NCBI GenBank assembly: GCA_963713825.1
Contig: CAVQNG010000025.1
Coordinates: forward strand, 128,001-192,000
Length of the DNA stretch: 64,000 nucleotides
Direction of reading: 5' to 3'
Source: an uncultured Acidobacteriota bacterium
GTDB lineage: Bacteria; Acidobacteriota; Thermoanaerobaculia; Multivoradales; JAHEKO01
In this document: positions 19,223 to 28,277 of the stretch, piece by piece
Numbering within the stretch: the first letter of the stretch is position 1
Layout: every line of letters starts with the position of its first letter
The notes under the pieces: model-generated
Databases searched by the model: none
What the model was told of the DNA's origin: nothing
Seen by the model: the letters and a program-made list of their open reading frames with translations, nothing else
Position numbers and translations under genes: made by a program

Positions 19223-20632
19223 ATGCGAATTCGGACGGTCATCGGCACCCTTGTCGCGCTGGTCCTTGTCGTTCTCGTCGCCTATCTCACGCAACAGAAC
19301 AGCGGACTGCTGAACGAGTCGTTCGCGTTGACGGACCGGCACGCAGTGCCGGTCTACGTTGTGATGGTGGCAGTGTTCCTGGTCGGGTTTCTGCCCGTTG
19401 TGTCGATCTTGGTGGTTCAGGCCCTGAAACGGGACCTGGCCGAGCGCCGGGACCGACGATTCGATCGAGAGGCCGACAGCGCTCGCAGCAGCTTCCGTCG
19501 CGCCCTGGACTACCGGGCCGATGGCCAGTGGCGGCGAGCGGCTGAGAATTTCGAGGCGGCTCTGGCCACACAGCCGGAGGATTTCGCAGGTCTGCTCCAC
19601 CTCGGCGAGGTGCTGCGTCGGCAAGGGCGCACCGAAGAGGCCTTGGAGCTGCACCGGCGGGCCTCGGTTCTGTATCCGCAAAGTGTCGCCGTTCTGTACG
19701 AGCTGGCTGAAGACTATAGCGCCCTGGGGTCGGCAGAAGTCGCTAGAGAGCTGCATGATCGGATCCTGCGGGATTTCCCGGCAAGCGGTCTGCGAATCCT
19801 CAGGCAACGGCGAGGCTTGGCCCTCGAGAGGGCAGACTGGCAGGACGCGCAGCGCCTGCAGGACGGGATCGTCGCGCTGATCGGGGAAGCCGAGAAGACG
19901 ACGGATCGCGAGTCCGAAGAGGCAACCGTGCGCGGCCTGGCCTACGAGCTCGCCGTTCAGGCCCTGGACGCCGAGCATTTCGACGACGCCAAGAGCGCCT
20001 TTGAGAGGATTCTGTCGGAGGAACCCGCGTTCGTCCCGGCTCGCATCATGCTGGGCGAAGCCCTACTGCTGGAAGGGGACGAGACGGGGGCGGTAGCCCA
20101 GTGGCGCCGGGGATTCGAGATCACTGGTAGCCCGACGTTTCTGCAACGGATCGAGGACCATTTCATCGAGCGAGGCGATCCACTACGAGCGATCGAAACG
20201 CTGCACGCTGTTATCAGCGGGGCGGAGAACGACCTACTGCCGCGGTTCTTTCTCGGGCGACTCTACAAACGTGTCGAGATGAACGACGAGGCTCTTCGGA
20301 TTCTGCAGGCGGTTCGCGAGAGAGTCCGCCGGTCTCCTACCTTCTACTATCTCCTGGCTCGTCTCTATGAGAGGCGGGGTGAGCTGGACAAGTCGACGTC
20401 GGCCTACTCGACCTGCATCGAGCAGGCCGGTATCCCGACCTCGGAGTACGTCTGCCGCTTCTGTGGTGCCACGGCTTCCTCTTGGGAGGCGCATTGCGAC
20501 CCGTGCGGCGCCTGGAATTCGATCGAGCTCGATCTGGAGGAAGATCGTACCTACGATTCAGATCTCGGTCTCAAGGAGCGCCCCGTCTGGAGTGCTTGGC
20601 AGGAGAGGACCAAGGGAGTCAACCGGCGGTAG
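19223..20632 (+). CDS. lapB: LPS assembly protein LapB-like (TPR + rubredoxin) with N-terminal LapA-like 2-TM domain
   Basis: Two N-terminal TM helices around QQN, TPR repeats, C-terminal YVCRFCG..WEAHCDPCGAWNSI. Confidence 0.8.
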   Translation: MRIRTVIGTLVALVLVVLVAYLTQQNSGLLNESFALTDRHAVPVYVVMVAVFLVGFLPVVSILVVQALKRDLAERRDRRFDREADSARSSFRRALDYRADGQWRRAAENFEAALATQPEDFAGLLHLGEVLRRQGRTEEALELHRRASVLYPQSVAVLYELAEDYSALGSAEVARELHDRILRDFPASGLRILRQRRGLALERADWQDAQRLQDGIVALIGEAEKTTDRESEEATVRGLAYELAVQALDAEHFDDAKSAFERILSEEPAFVPARIMLGEALLLEGDETGAVAQWRRGFEITGSPTFLQRIEDHFIERGDPLRAIETLHAVISGAENDLLPRFFLGRLYKRVEMNDEALRILQAVRERVRRSPTFYYLLARLYERRGELDKSTSAYSTCIEQAGIPTSEYVCRFCGATASSWEAHCDPCGAWNSIELDLEEDRTYDSDLGLKERPVWSAWQERTKGVNRR

Positions 20633-20678
20633 TTGTGCGGACCTCCAACTCGCCAGCATCTGAAACAGGGCCTGTACG

Positions 20679-22142
20679 ATGTCCGAATCTACCGAGGCAG
20701 TTCTGGAATCGATCGAGGCAGGTCGGATCAGGCCTCTGTACCTGGTGACCGGAGACAGAGTCCTGGCCGAGCCGGCCGCCATTCAGATCGGCCAGGCTCT
20801 CGGCAGATCCGTCGGTTGTGAGGCGGAGGTCCACCGTCGCCCGGCCGACCTCGATCTTCTCCTGGCCGATCTGAAAACCTATTCTCTTTTCGCTCCCGCC
20901 AAAGTCGTAGTGGTGATCGAGTCCTCGGTGCTAGCCGACTCCGGTGCAGCCGCCGAGCTGCTGGACGAGACCGTCGAGGCGCTGCCCATCAGTGCGGATC
21001 CGGGAGATCTGTCAGGGGTGGAACGAAGAGCCGCGGGTCGGTTGTTGCAGACCCTGCGACTCTTCCAGATCGACCCCGAGGCAGGCGCTCCAGAGGAGGT
21101 CCTTGCCAATCTACCGCCATGGGCTTTCAAAGGAGGCATTCACTACAGGAAGGGTCACAGCAATCGACCCCGGGGTCCACGACAGGTCGAGGACCTCAAG
21201 GCGCAACTGATCGAGCTCTTGAATGCAGCCTTGGCCAGCGGGTTGCTCGGCTGGGCCGAGACGGATGTCGGCGAGCTCGCCGAGGCGGCTGAAAAGGGAC
21301 TGCCGGAGGGCCACACGTTGGTTCTGGCTGAAAGCGCCGTAGCGAAGCAGCATCCCCTGGTGGAGACCCTGGAGGCACAACGTGCTTTCGTGGAGGTTGG
21401 GCGGGTCGAAGCAGCAAAGGGGGGTGGTTGGACAGGGCTGGAGTTGCTGGCAGGTGAGCTTCGGCGAGAGACAGGAGTCGATATAGCGGCGGACGCTCTG
21501 CAGGAGTTGTCTCGCCGGACAATCATGCGCAGCACGGCCAGAGGGGCCGCTGCGGATGCCGTTGACGCCGACTCCACTTCGCGCTTCGCCGCCGAGTATC
21601 GAAAGTTGGCGACGATGGTTCCGGGTGGCGCCATTGACCGGCAGCTCGTCGAGAGCACTGTCGAGGACAGAGGTGATGAGGACGCCTGGAAGATCCTCGA
21701 CGCGATTGGGGCTGGTGACATGAAAGACGCCCTCTTCCGCGTCCGACGTCTCCTGGGCTCTGCTGAGGATCCGATGGCAGCTCGTTTGTCGTTCTTCTCG
21801 CTGGTTGCCTCGTTTGGTCGCCAGCTCGCAGCCGTTGCGGCTCTTGTGGACTCCACGGGGGTGTCGAGGAGCGAGGCGAACTACCAGCGTTTCAAGACAA
21901 CTATTGCTCCAGCTCTGCAGTCGGACAGTGCCGAAGGCTTGAAGAGTCCCGTGGCCAAGCTCCACCCGTATCGCATGTTCCGCGTCTACCAGACTGCCTG
22001 CAGGATTCCGCCCGCCGCGCTTGCCGACATGCCTTCTCGGATCCTGCAAACGGAGCTCAGGCTCAAAGGTGAGAGCACCGAGCCGGACGCCGCCCTGACT
22101 GCCCTGATCTGTGATCTAGCCTCCGTCTCCCGTCGTGCCTGA
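20679..22142 (+). CDS. holA: DNA polymerase III delta subunit-like, enlarged
   Basis: PLYLVTGD, LKTYSLFAPAKVVVV, EYRKL, W.ILDAI, ELRLKG; 487 aa. Confidence 0.75.
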   Translation: MSESTEAVLESIEAGRIRPLYLVTGDRVLAEPAAIQIGQALGRSVGCEAEVHRRPADLDLLLADLKTYSLFAPAKVVVVIESSVLADSGAAAELLDETVEALPISADPGDLSGVERRAAGRLLQTLRLFQIDPEAGAPEEVLANLPPWAFKGGIHYRKGHSNRPRGPRQVEDLKAQLIELLNAALASGLLGWAETDVGELAEAAEKGLPEGHTLVLAESAVAKQHPLVETLEAQRAFVEVGRVEAAKGGGWTGLELLAGELRRETGVDIAADALQELSRRTIMRSTARGAAADAVDADSTSRFAAEYRKLATMVPGGAIDRQLVESTVEDRGDEDAWKILDAIGAGDMKDALFRVRRLLGSAEDPMAARLSFFSLVASFGRQLAAVAALVDSTGVSRSEANYQRFKTTIAPALQSDSAEGLKSPVAKLHPYRMFRVYQTACRIPPAALADMPSRILQTELRLKGESTEPDAALTALICDLASVSRRA

Positions 22143-22959
22143 GCTGCCGGAGGTCGAGGTATTGCGCCGCAGCCTCGAACCGCGAATCCGCGGCGAGCGG
22201 ATCGAGGGCATCCGAGTCTGGAACGGCGCCCTGCGTGAGCCCGTGAGGGGGCGGACTCTTCGTCGGAGGCTGGTGGGGCGCCAGATTCTCGAGAGCGGCC
22301 GTCGGGCAAAGTACCTTTTGCTCCATGTCGAAGGGGACTCGAGTCTCGTAGTGCATTTGGGGATGAGTGGTCGATTGACTCTCGTGGAAGCGGGCCAGCC
22401 ACGCCAGAGACACGAACACGTCGTGGTCTTCCTCGCTTCCGGGGGCGAGTTGCGATTTCGCGATCCCAGGCGATTCGGCCTGGTCTTCGCTCTGCCTACC
22501 GAGCGACTGCAGTCCGATCGGCACTTCAGGCATCTTGGCGTCGAGCCCTTGGAGTCGTCGTTCTCGGGTCAATTTCTGGCGGCGCAGGCCAGGGGCCGTC
22601 GGGGGCCCGTCAAGAACTTCCTCATGAACGCTCACGTCGCGGTGGGAGTCGGCAATATCTATGCCTCGGAAGCCCTTTTCGATGCTGGCATTCATCCGCA
22701 ACGGTCGGTCAGTCGCATCTCCAGAGTGAGTTGGGAGAGACTTGCCGACTCCGTTCGGCAGACGCTCGAGCGGGCCATCGATCAGGGGGGTACGACGCTG
22801 AATGACTTTGCCGATGCCGGCGGGAATCAGGGGTACTTTCAGGTCTGCCTCTCGGTCTACGATCGTTCTGGAGAAGCCTGCTGTCGCTGTGGCGCGATGA
22901 TTCGGCGGATCGTGCAGGCGGGAAGGAGCACCTACTACTGTCCGCGGTGTCAGCGATGA
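22135..22959 (+). CDS. mutM: formamidopyrimidine-DNA glycosylase
   Basis: PELPEVE, RRAKYL, HLGMSG, DPRRFG, GVGNIYASE, C-terminal zinc finger CPRCQ. Confidence 0.97.
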   Translation: MPELPEVEVLRRSLEPRIRGERIEGIRVWNGALREPVRGRTLRRRLVGRQILESGRRAKYLLLHVEGDSSLVVHLGMSGRLTLVEAGQPRQRHEHVVVFLASGGELRFRDPRRFGLVFALPTERLQSDRHFRHLGVEPLESSFSGQFLAAQARGRRGPVKNFLMNAHVAVGVGNIYASEALFDAGIHPQRSVSRISRVSWERLADSVRQTLERAIDQGGTTLNDFADAGGNQGYFQVCLSVYDRSGEACCRCGAMIRRIVQAGRSTYYCPRCQR

Positions 22960-23702
22960 AGGGAGGAGACGGCGCATTGAAACTGCAAGGAGTGCTGCTC
23001 GACATGGGTGGAGTCATCCTGGAGATGGCCGGTACTCGGGGCTTTCCCATCGAACGATTGGATTGGCGGGGTCGCGAGGCGGTGACTCGGCTCATCCGAG
23101 CCGAAGGCGGAAGACTGTCCCCGGATGATCTCGAAGATCTACTGTTTACTCCCTGGCATCTCGACTATCTGCGGCGTGTCGAAATGGGCTGTGAAGCGGC
23201 CTGGGAGCCGCACCTGGAGAGACTGCGCCAAGCTGCCGGGATCGCGACGCCGGATCTGCAACTGCTGGAAGCGTGGTTTCGTCCCTATGGAGAGCAGCTG
23301 AGACCCATTGCCGGTGCCGTCGAGGCTGTTGACCGGATGAGAGCGAGTGGCCTCAAACTGGCCCTGGTCTCCAATGTTCCCCTGCCTGGTGCACTCTACG
23401 ACCAGATTCTGAGTCGCTACGGTCTACTCGACTGCTTCCGCGTTCGCCGGTTCAGCTACGATTGCGGGACGCGCAAGCCCTCTCCAGCACTACTGAGAGC
23501 CGCTCTCGACGACTTGAAGATCGACCGGCAAGCGGCAATCATGGTCGGAGATCGAAGCAATCGCGACATCGCTGCTGGTCGAGCGGCCGGCATGCGGACA
23601 GTTTGGATCCGAGGCGAGTTCGATGAGGGGCCCGTGGCTGATCAGGAAATCGGGTCGCTCGAGGAACTGCCCGACTTGCTGCGATCCTGGGGCAATGGAT
23701 GA
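22956..23702 (+). CDS. HAD-superfamily hydrolase (subfamily IA)
   Basis: LLDMGGV, LVSN, RKP, MVGDRSNRDI; start could also be TTG 22977. Confidence 0.85.
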   Translation: MKGGDGALKLQGVLLDMGGVILEMAGTRGFPIERLDWRGREAVTRLIRAEGGRLSPDDLEDLLFTPWHLDYLRRVEMGCEAAWEPHLERLRQAAGIATPDLQLLEAWFRPYGEQLRPIAGAVEAVDRMRASGLKLALVSNVPLPGALYDQILSRYGLLDCFRVRRFSYDCGTRKPSPALLRAALDDLKIDRQAAIMVGDRSNRDIAAGRAAGMRTVWIRGEFDEGPVADQEIGSLEELPDLLRSWGNG

Positions 23703-24376
23703 GCCCCGAGAAGGGTTTCCAGCAGGATAAGATCGGCTCGATGACCGAGATGGACTCGATGAGACCTGTCGCCCTCGGAGTGGCCGGGGGCACGGGCTCC
23801 GGCAAGACGACGGTAGCGCAGGCCATCCTGCGATCTGTTGGCCCAGGCAGGATTGCGTCCCTGGCCCAGGACAGCTACTACAAAGACCTCGAGTGGAGCT
23901 CGGATGAGGAGTTGCTGCGGCACAATTTCGATCATCCTGAAGCAGTCGATACCGACCTCCTCGTGAACCACCTTCTGGCTCTCAAGGCCGGGCAGGAGGT
24001 CGAGGTGCCGATCTACGACTTCGTGGCCCATGTCCGTACCGAACGCCGTGAGAGGGTAGAGTCTCGCCCCGTAATCCTGCTAGAGGGAATCCTGCTCCTG
24101 GCCGAGCCTCGAATTCGGGAGTTGCTCGACTTCAAGATCTATGTCGATACCGATGCGGATGTCCGTTTGATTCGACGCCTTCGTCGGGACATGAATGAAC
24201 GAGGTCGCAGCCTGGAAGATATTCTGCGTCAGTACGTGACTACGGTCCGACCAATGCACCAGGAGTTCGTCGAGCCGTCCAAGCGGTGGGCCGATGTCAT
24301 CGTGCCCGAAGGTGGTGAGAACCGGGTCGCGCTCGAAATGGTCATCGCTCGCATCGAGCAGCTTCTGACCGAATAG
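23699..24376 (+). CDS. udk: uridine kinase
   Basis: GGTGSGKTT, QDSYY, NFDHP, PIYDF, RRLRRD, VRPMHQEFVEPSKRWAD; start may be 23741. Confidence 0.95.
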   Translation: MSPEKGFQQDKIGSMTEMDSMRPVALGVAGGTGSGKTTVAQAILRSVGPGRIASLAQDSYYKDLEWSSDEELLRHNFDHPEAVDTDLLVNHLLALKAGQEVEVPIYDFVAHVRTERRERVESRPVILLEGILLLAEPRIRELLDFKIYVDTDADVRLIRRLRRDMNERGRSLEDILRQYVTTVRPMHQEFVEPSKRWADVIVPEGGENRVALEMVIARIEQLLTE

Positions 24377-24378
24377 CC

Positions 24379-24561
24379 GGGGTTGAGAGGGCCGATCGGA
24401 CCAGGGGTCTCCCTCGTCTACGGCCTCACCCGACCATGCCCCTCCGACGAGGGAGACCCCTGGCCCGATCTACCACCGTCGCGACAGATGAAGAATCCGC
24501 TTGCAGATTCGCCCCTTCGCCCTTAAGCCCCTATTGCCTTCAATGGTGCCGGAGGTTCGTT
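24379..24561. repeat. intergenic palindromic repeat, copy 2
   Basis: 25-bp stem 24394-24418/24446-24470 with one mismatch; homologous to 9929-10116; 24512-24553 also matches 29264-29305. Confidence 0.9.
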
Positions 24562-24676
24562 GGGGAGGTCCGACCTGCCAACCGAACCAAGGTGTCAACT
24601 AGGTCCTGAGGTCGAACTGTCACCTATGTCCTGATACAGAACACCTAGTGGCCTCCCGCGGGAGGGGGCCCCACTG

Positions 24677-24771
24677 CCTCAAAGGCCGCTCGGCGAAGTC
24701 GCCGAGCGCCTCAACCCCAAGCCCTCGAAGACCGGCCGAAGGTACGCCAGCCGCCTCGACCCTCAGGGTGG
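24677..24771 (-). repeat. two-hairpin repeat module (GGGTYGAG-hairpin-CTTYGAGG x2)
   Basis: Aligns with 33934-34030 (same orientation) and 29150-29245 (inverted). Confidence 0.85.
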
Positions 24772-24782
24772 GTGGGCGGGCG

Positions 24783-26573
24783 TCAGGGGTGGAAGGGCCA
24801 GAAGACGGGAATCAGGACGGAGGCCAGTACCCAGAAGATCAGAGTCAGTGGAGCGCCGGCCTTGAGATAGTCGGTGAATCGATAGTTCCCTGGGCTGAAG
24901 ACCATGGCGTTGGTCTGGTAGCCCATCGGGGTCATGAAGCTGGCCGAAGCCGCATACGCGACGGCCATGAGAAATGGCTTCACATCCACTTGCAGTGCGG
25001 CGGCAGCGCTGAAGGAGATAGGAACCATGAGCACGGCGGTGGCATTGTTCGAGAAGACCGAGGTCAGCAGCGACGTTGCCAGGTAGAGCACAGACAACAT
25101 GACAATGGCGCCGTAGGACTCGCCGACCCAACCCAATCCGTCTCCGATCATCGTCGCCAAGCCGGTGTTCTCCATGGCGATGCCCAGCGGCAGAATCGCC
25201 GCCAGCAGGAAGATCACCGTCCAATCGATGGCCCGATAGGCCTGTTGGATCGTAATTCGACGAGTGATCAGTAGAACGATGGCTCCCAGGATGGCGGCCT
25301 TGAGAATCGGCATCAATCCGGTCGCCGCCAGGAGCACCACTGCCACGATCGTCAGGATGCTGATCCACCATCGAGAAGCGAGCTGGATCTTCAAGTCGCG
25401 CTCGCCCAGAGGTACGAAATCATCCATTTCGTAGAGCGCCTCGACCCTCGACCGCGGACCGAAGATGAGCAGCGTGTCCCACGGTACCAACGGAATGCGA
25501 GCCAGCTTGTCTCGAATCAGCTCACTCGTCCGCCGCAGAGCCAGAACAAAGCAGCCGAAACGGCGGCGAAAATCGATCTCTTTCAGGGTCGAGCCGATCA
25601 ACTGCGAGGAGGGATCCAGTTGCACCTCGGCGAGGATCGTGTGCTCGTCGCTCAGGTCGGTGTCGCTGAGCTTGATGTCGGTGAGCAAGAGGAGGCCGAA
25701 GGTCTCCTTGAGTGTCAGGATGTTCTCCATGGGTCCGCGGACCAGGAGGATGTCGTCGGCTCGGAGCGGGGTGGCTCGCAGGTTCGTCGAGATCTTCTCC
25801 TGACCGCGGATGATTTCGATGACGTTGATCTGATACCGCTCGCTGATCTGTTCTCGCACTACGGTGCTGCCTTCGAGCTTCGAGCCCGGCGGCAGCCTGA
25901 GCTCGGTCAGGTAGCCGGCGAGGTGGTACTTGCGCGTCAGGCTCGACAGCACGACCCTCGAGGGCAGCAGTCGCATCGGACCCAGAATGTTGTAGACGGT
26001 TCCTACCGCAACGAAGACGATGCCGAGCATGAAGAACTCGAAGACCCCGAAATCACCACGGCCCCGTTCGGCGGACAGGGAGCTGACCAGTAGGTTGGTG
26101 GACGTTCCCAGAAGGGTGCAGGTGCCCCCGATGATGGCCATGTAGGACAGCGGTAGCAGGATCTTCGATGGGCTGAATCGGTAGTGTCGTGCCAGGTGGA
26201 TCGCCACCGGCATGAACACTCCAACCGCGGCGGTGTTATTGATGAAGGCGGAGATGAAGCCGACCAGTAGTAGTAGCAGGATCGAGGCCCCGATCGCCGA
26301 CTTGCCGGTGCGCTCAGCGATCCTGTAGCCGAGTTTTGTTATCAGGCCGCTGTGCACGAGCCCCGAACTCAGGATGAACATCATCATGACGGTGATGACT
26401 GCCGGGTTGGAGAAACCGGAGACCGCTTCCTCCGGTGTGACGAGATTGAACAGCAAGAGCAGACCGAGGCAGGTCAGGGCAATGACGTCCATGCTCATCC
26501 ATTCCCGCACGAATGCGAAGATGGTGAACAGGATGATCCCCAGTAGAAGGGCGATTTCCAGATTAAAAGTCAT
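24783..26573 (-). CDS. SLC13/DASS-family permease with TrkA-C domains
   Basis: SAFINNT, GGTCTLLGTSTNL, two RCK_C-like domains, SNNATA, FMTPMGYQTN. Confidence 0.92.
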   Translation of the reverse strand: MTFNLEIALLLGIILFTIFAFVREWMSMDVIALTCLGLLLLFNLVTPEEAVSGFSNPAVITVMMMFILSSGLVHSGLITKLGYRIAERTGKSAIGASILLLLLVGFISAFINNTAAVGVFMPVAIHLARHYRFSPSKILLPLSYMAIIGGTCTLLGTSTNLLVSSLSAERGRGDFGVFEFFMLGIVFVAVGTVYNILGPMRLLPSRVVLSSLTRKYHLAGYLTELRLPPGSKLEGSTVVREQISERYQINVIEIIRGQEKISTNLRATPLRADDILLVRGPMENILTLKETFGLLLLTDIKLSDTDLSDEHTILAEVQLDPSSQLIGSTLKEIDFRRRFGCFVLALRRTSELIRDKLARIPLVPWDTLLIFGPRSRVEALYEMDDFVPLGERDLKIQLASRWWISILTIVAVVLLAATGLMPILKAAILGAIVLLITRRITIQQAYRAIDWTVIFLLAAILPLGIAMENTGLATMIGDGLGWVGESYGAIVMLSVLYLATSLLTSVFSNNATAVLMVPISFSAAAALQVDVKPFLMAVAYAASASFMTPMGYQTNAMVFSPGNYRFTDYLKAGAPLTLIFWVLASVLIPVFWPFHP

Positions 26574-26639
26574 TGCTTTGTGTCAGGCTGTCCTGTGCAG
26601 CCCGAGTTTAGCAACGTGGGCGATTCTCGGCAGTGGTGT

Positions 26640-26669
26640 TTGATAGCGAGGACGGTGGGCTCATAGAAT
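26640..26669 (+). promoter_or_regulatory. candidate sigma70 promoter
   Basis: TTGATA (26640-45), N18, TAGAAT (26664-69), upstream of ATG 26694. Confidence 0.45.
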
Positions 26670-26693
26670 GGGCCTACAGGAAGGACTCCCACG

Positions 26694-27584
26694 ATGAATA
26701 CGAAGACACCGAAGGCTCTCTTCTTCTGCCTGGCGCCCATCCTCGGCCTGGTTGCATGCGGGCCGTCCGAACCTCCCGTGGCCAGCCTGCTGGTCGAGCC
26801 CGCTGGACTGCAGTTGCCTTTTCCCGGTGTCGTCGATCTCCAGTTGAGCTGGTCGATGGAGCTGCCGTTGGACGGCTTGGAGGGCGAGCCTCTCGTCTTC
26901 GTGCACCTTGTCGATGAGCAGGGTGAAGTTCTCAGGACCTTCGACCACGCACTGGACTTCGAGTGGCAGCCCGGAGAAAGTCAGCAGTACGGGATCCACA
27001 TTTATCAATCTGCTCTCGCTCCTCCACTAGAGCCTGGGTCCTATGGACTGACCATGGGCCTCTATGATTCCGGCGGCCAGCGGTGGCCGCTTCGCGTCGA
27101 GGGCCGAGAGGCAGGTAGCAACGAGTATCGGGTGGCCGAGGTCGAGGTTGGCGCTGACTTGGGAGACGCTCCGATGTTCTTCTTTTCTCCGGCCTGGCTG
27201 CCTCTGGAGAGTGGTCTGGATGCGCAAGTCGTGGCCCGCAGGTGGCTCGGCGACGGAGAGGGGACCATTCGAGTGACGGACTGCCCCGAAAGCGGCAGGA
27301 TCTGGATGTTGATCCGGATTCCGAGCGACGAGGCGGGAGCCTCGCGGGTAGTTCTCAATGACGAAGCGTCCACACCGGAGGTCCGCATCACCAGCACCTG
27401 CGGCTTGGAGGAGATATGCGTCTCCGGGCCTGGTTTCCACGAGATCGAGATTTCGTTCCGACAGGCGGACAAAGACCTGGTGGAGGAATGCGAGCTGCGA
27501 CTCCAGCCCAACTTCAAGATGACCGACGACAGCTCCATGACGCAGCGGTCAATGGCTCTCGAGGTTCTCGCCTGGGCCGAGTAG
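26694..27584 (+). CDS. hypothetical lipoprotein
   Basis: Signal peptide with lipobox LVAC; VFVHLVD..G..WQPGE..Y.L.MGLYD beta-sandwich-like motif. Confidence 0.75.
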   Translation: MNTKTPKALFFCLAPILGLVACGPSEPPVASLLVEPAGLQLPFPGVVDLQLSWSMELPLDGLEGEPLVFVHLVDEQGEVLRTFDHALDFEWQPGESQQYGIHIYQSALAPPLEPGSYGLTMGLYDSGGQRWPLRVEGREAGSNEYRVAEVEVGADLGDAPMFFFSPAWLPLESGLDAQVVARRWLGDGEGTIRVTDCPESGRIWMLIRIPSDEAGASRVVLNDEASTPEVRITSTCGLEEICVSGPGFHEIEISFRQADKDLVEECELRLQPNFKMTDDSSMTQRSMALEVLAWAE

Positions 27585-27599
27585 GACGACTGGTCTGGG

Positions 27600-28124
27600 C
27601 TATTGGCTCATTGAGAGCGGGAGTGTCTTGCTGACCGGCAGACCTTCGACAGGACCGAGGGGCTGCCAGATTTCTACGTCCGCCTCGACCTTGATCTCCA
27701 TCCACTGAGCTGCAGCCAGAGTGACCTCGAGGTCGAGCTTGCCATCCGTGGGTGCAGGCCTCGAAGTCTCAGTGCTCCAGAAGTTGTAGAGCGGGATATC
27801 GACCGTCTCTCCTGCCGGTACGGGAAACATGAAGAGCTGGTTGCCGTAGACGGGCAGCTCCTGACCGTTGATCGTGACCTTGAAATCGAGTTGCGAAGCT
27901 GTGCGCTGACCGCTGTTCGCGAGCTTGACTGTCAGCTTGCAGAGGGTGTCGGGTCCCGGTGAGGCGGGCTCGACGGAGACAGTCTCGATGGTAATCGAAG
28001 GGGCCTCCTGGGCGACGGTGGCCCCACTGAGCGCCAGGCCACCGATGCTGATGGCGAGGATCAGGAGATGGGTACAAAGGTTGCGGCGCGAGAAGGTTCG
28101 GGTGCTGCGAATGAACGACTCCAT
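27600..28124 (-). CDS. hypothetical exported protein (Ig/CARDB-like)
   Basis: Signal peptide ending TVA-Q; beta-rich mature part (TVKLANSG). Confidence 0.7.
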   Translation of the reverse strand: MESFIRSTRTFSRRNLCTHLLILAISIGGLALSGATVAQEAPSITIETVSVEPASPGPDTLCKLTVKLANSGQRTASQLDFKVTINGQELPVYGNQLFMFPVPAGETVDIPLYNFWSTETSRPAPTDGKLDLEVTLAAAQWMEIKVEADVEIWQPLGPVEGLPVSKTLPLSMSQ

Positions 28125-28277
28125 GATCCGACGATCTTATCGAAGTCTATTGCGGGGGTCTTGTCGCCGGAATCGTCCAGGGTTGCCGCAGTGGGAGGGG
28201 CCGATGATTTTTTCGGTCAGACGGCAGCGGAATAGAAGTGTCCGATGAAGGGGTTGGTTTGATAGGAGAGGAATCTG

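Noticed and set aside
18764-19978. Long antisense ORFs (for example 18764-19978, 44555-45784, 54261-55544, 59468-60694)
   Set aside because: These are shadow frames of well-supported genes in GC-rich DNA, with no motifs of their own.
24677-24771. Constant-flank/variable-interior units as a mini CRISPR array
   Set aside because: There are only two units per locus, the variable parts are themselves hairpins and are shared between loci, the flanks are short and degenerate, and no cas genes are present.
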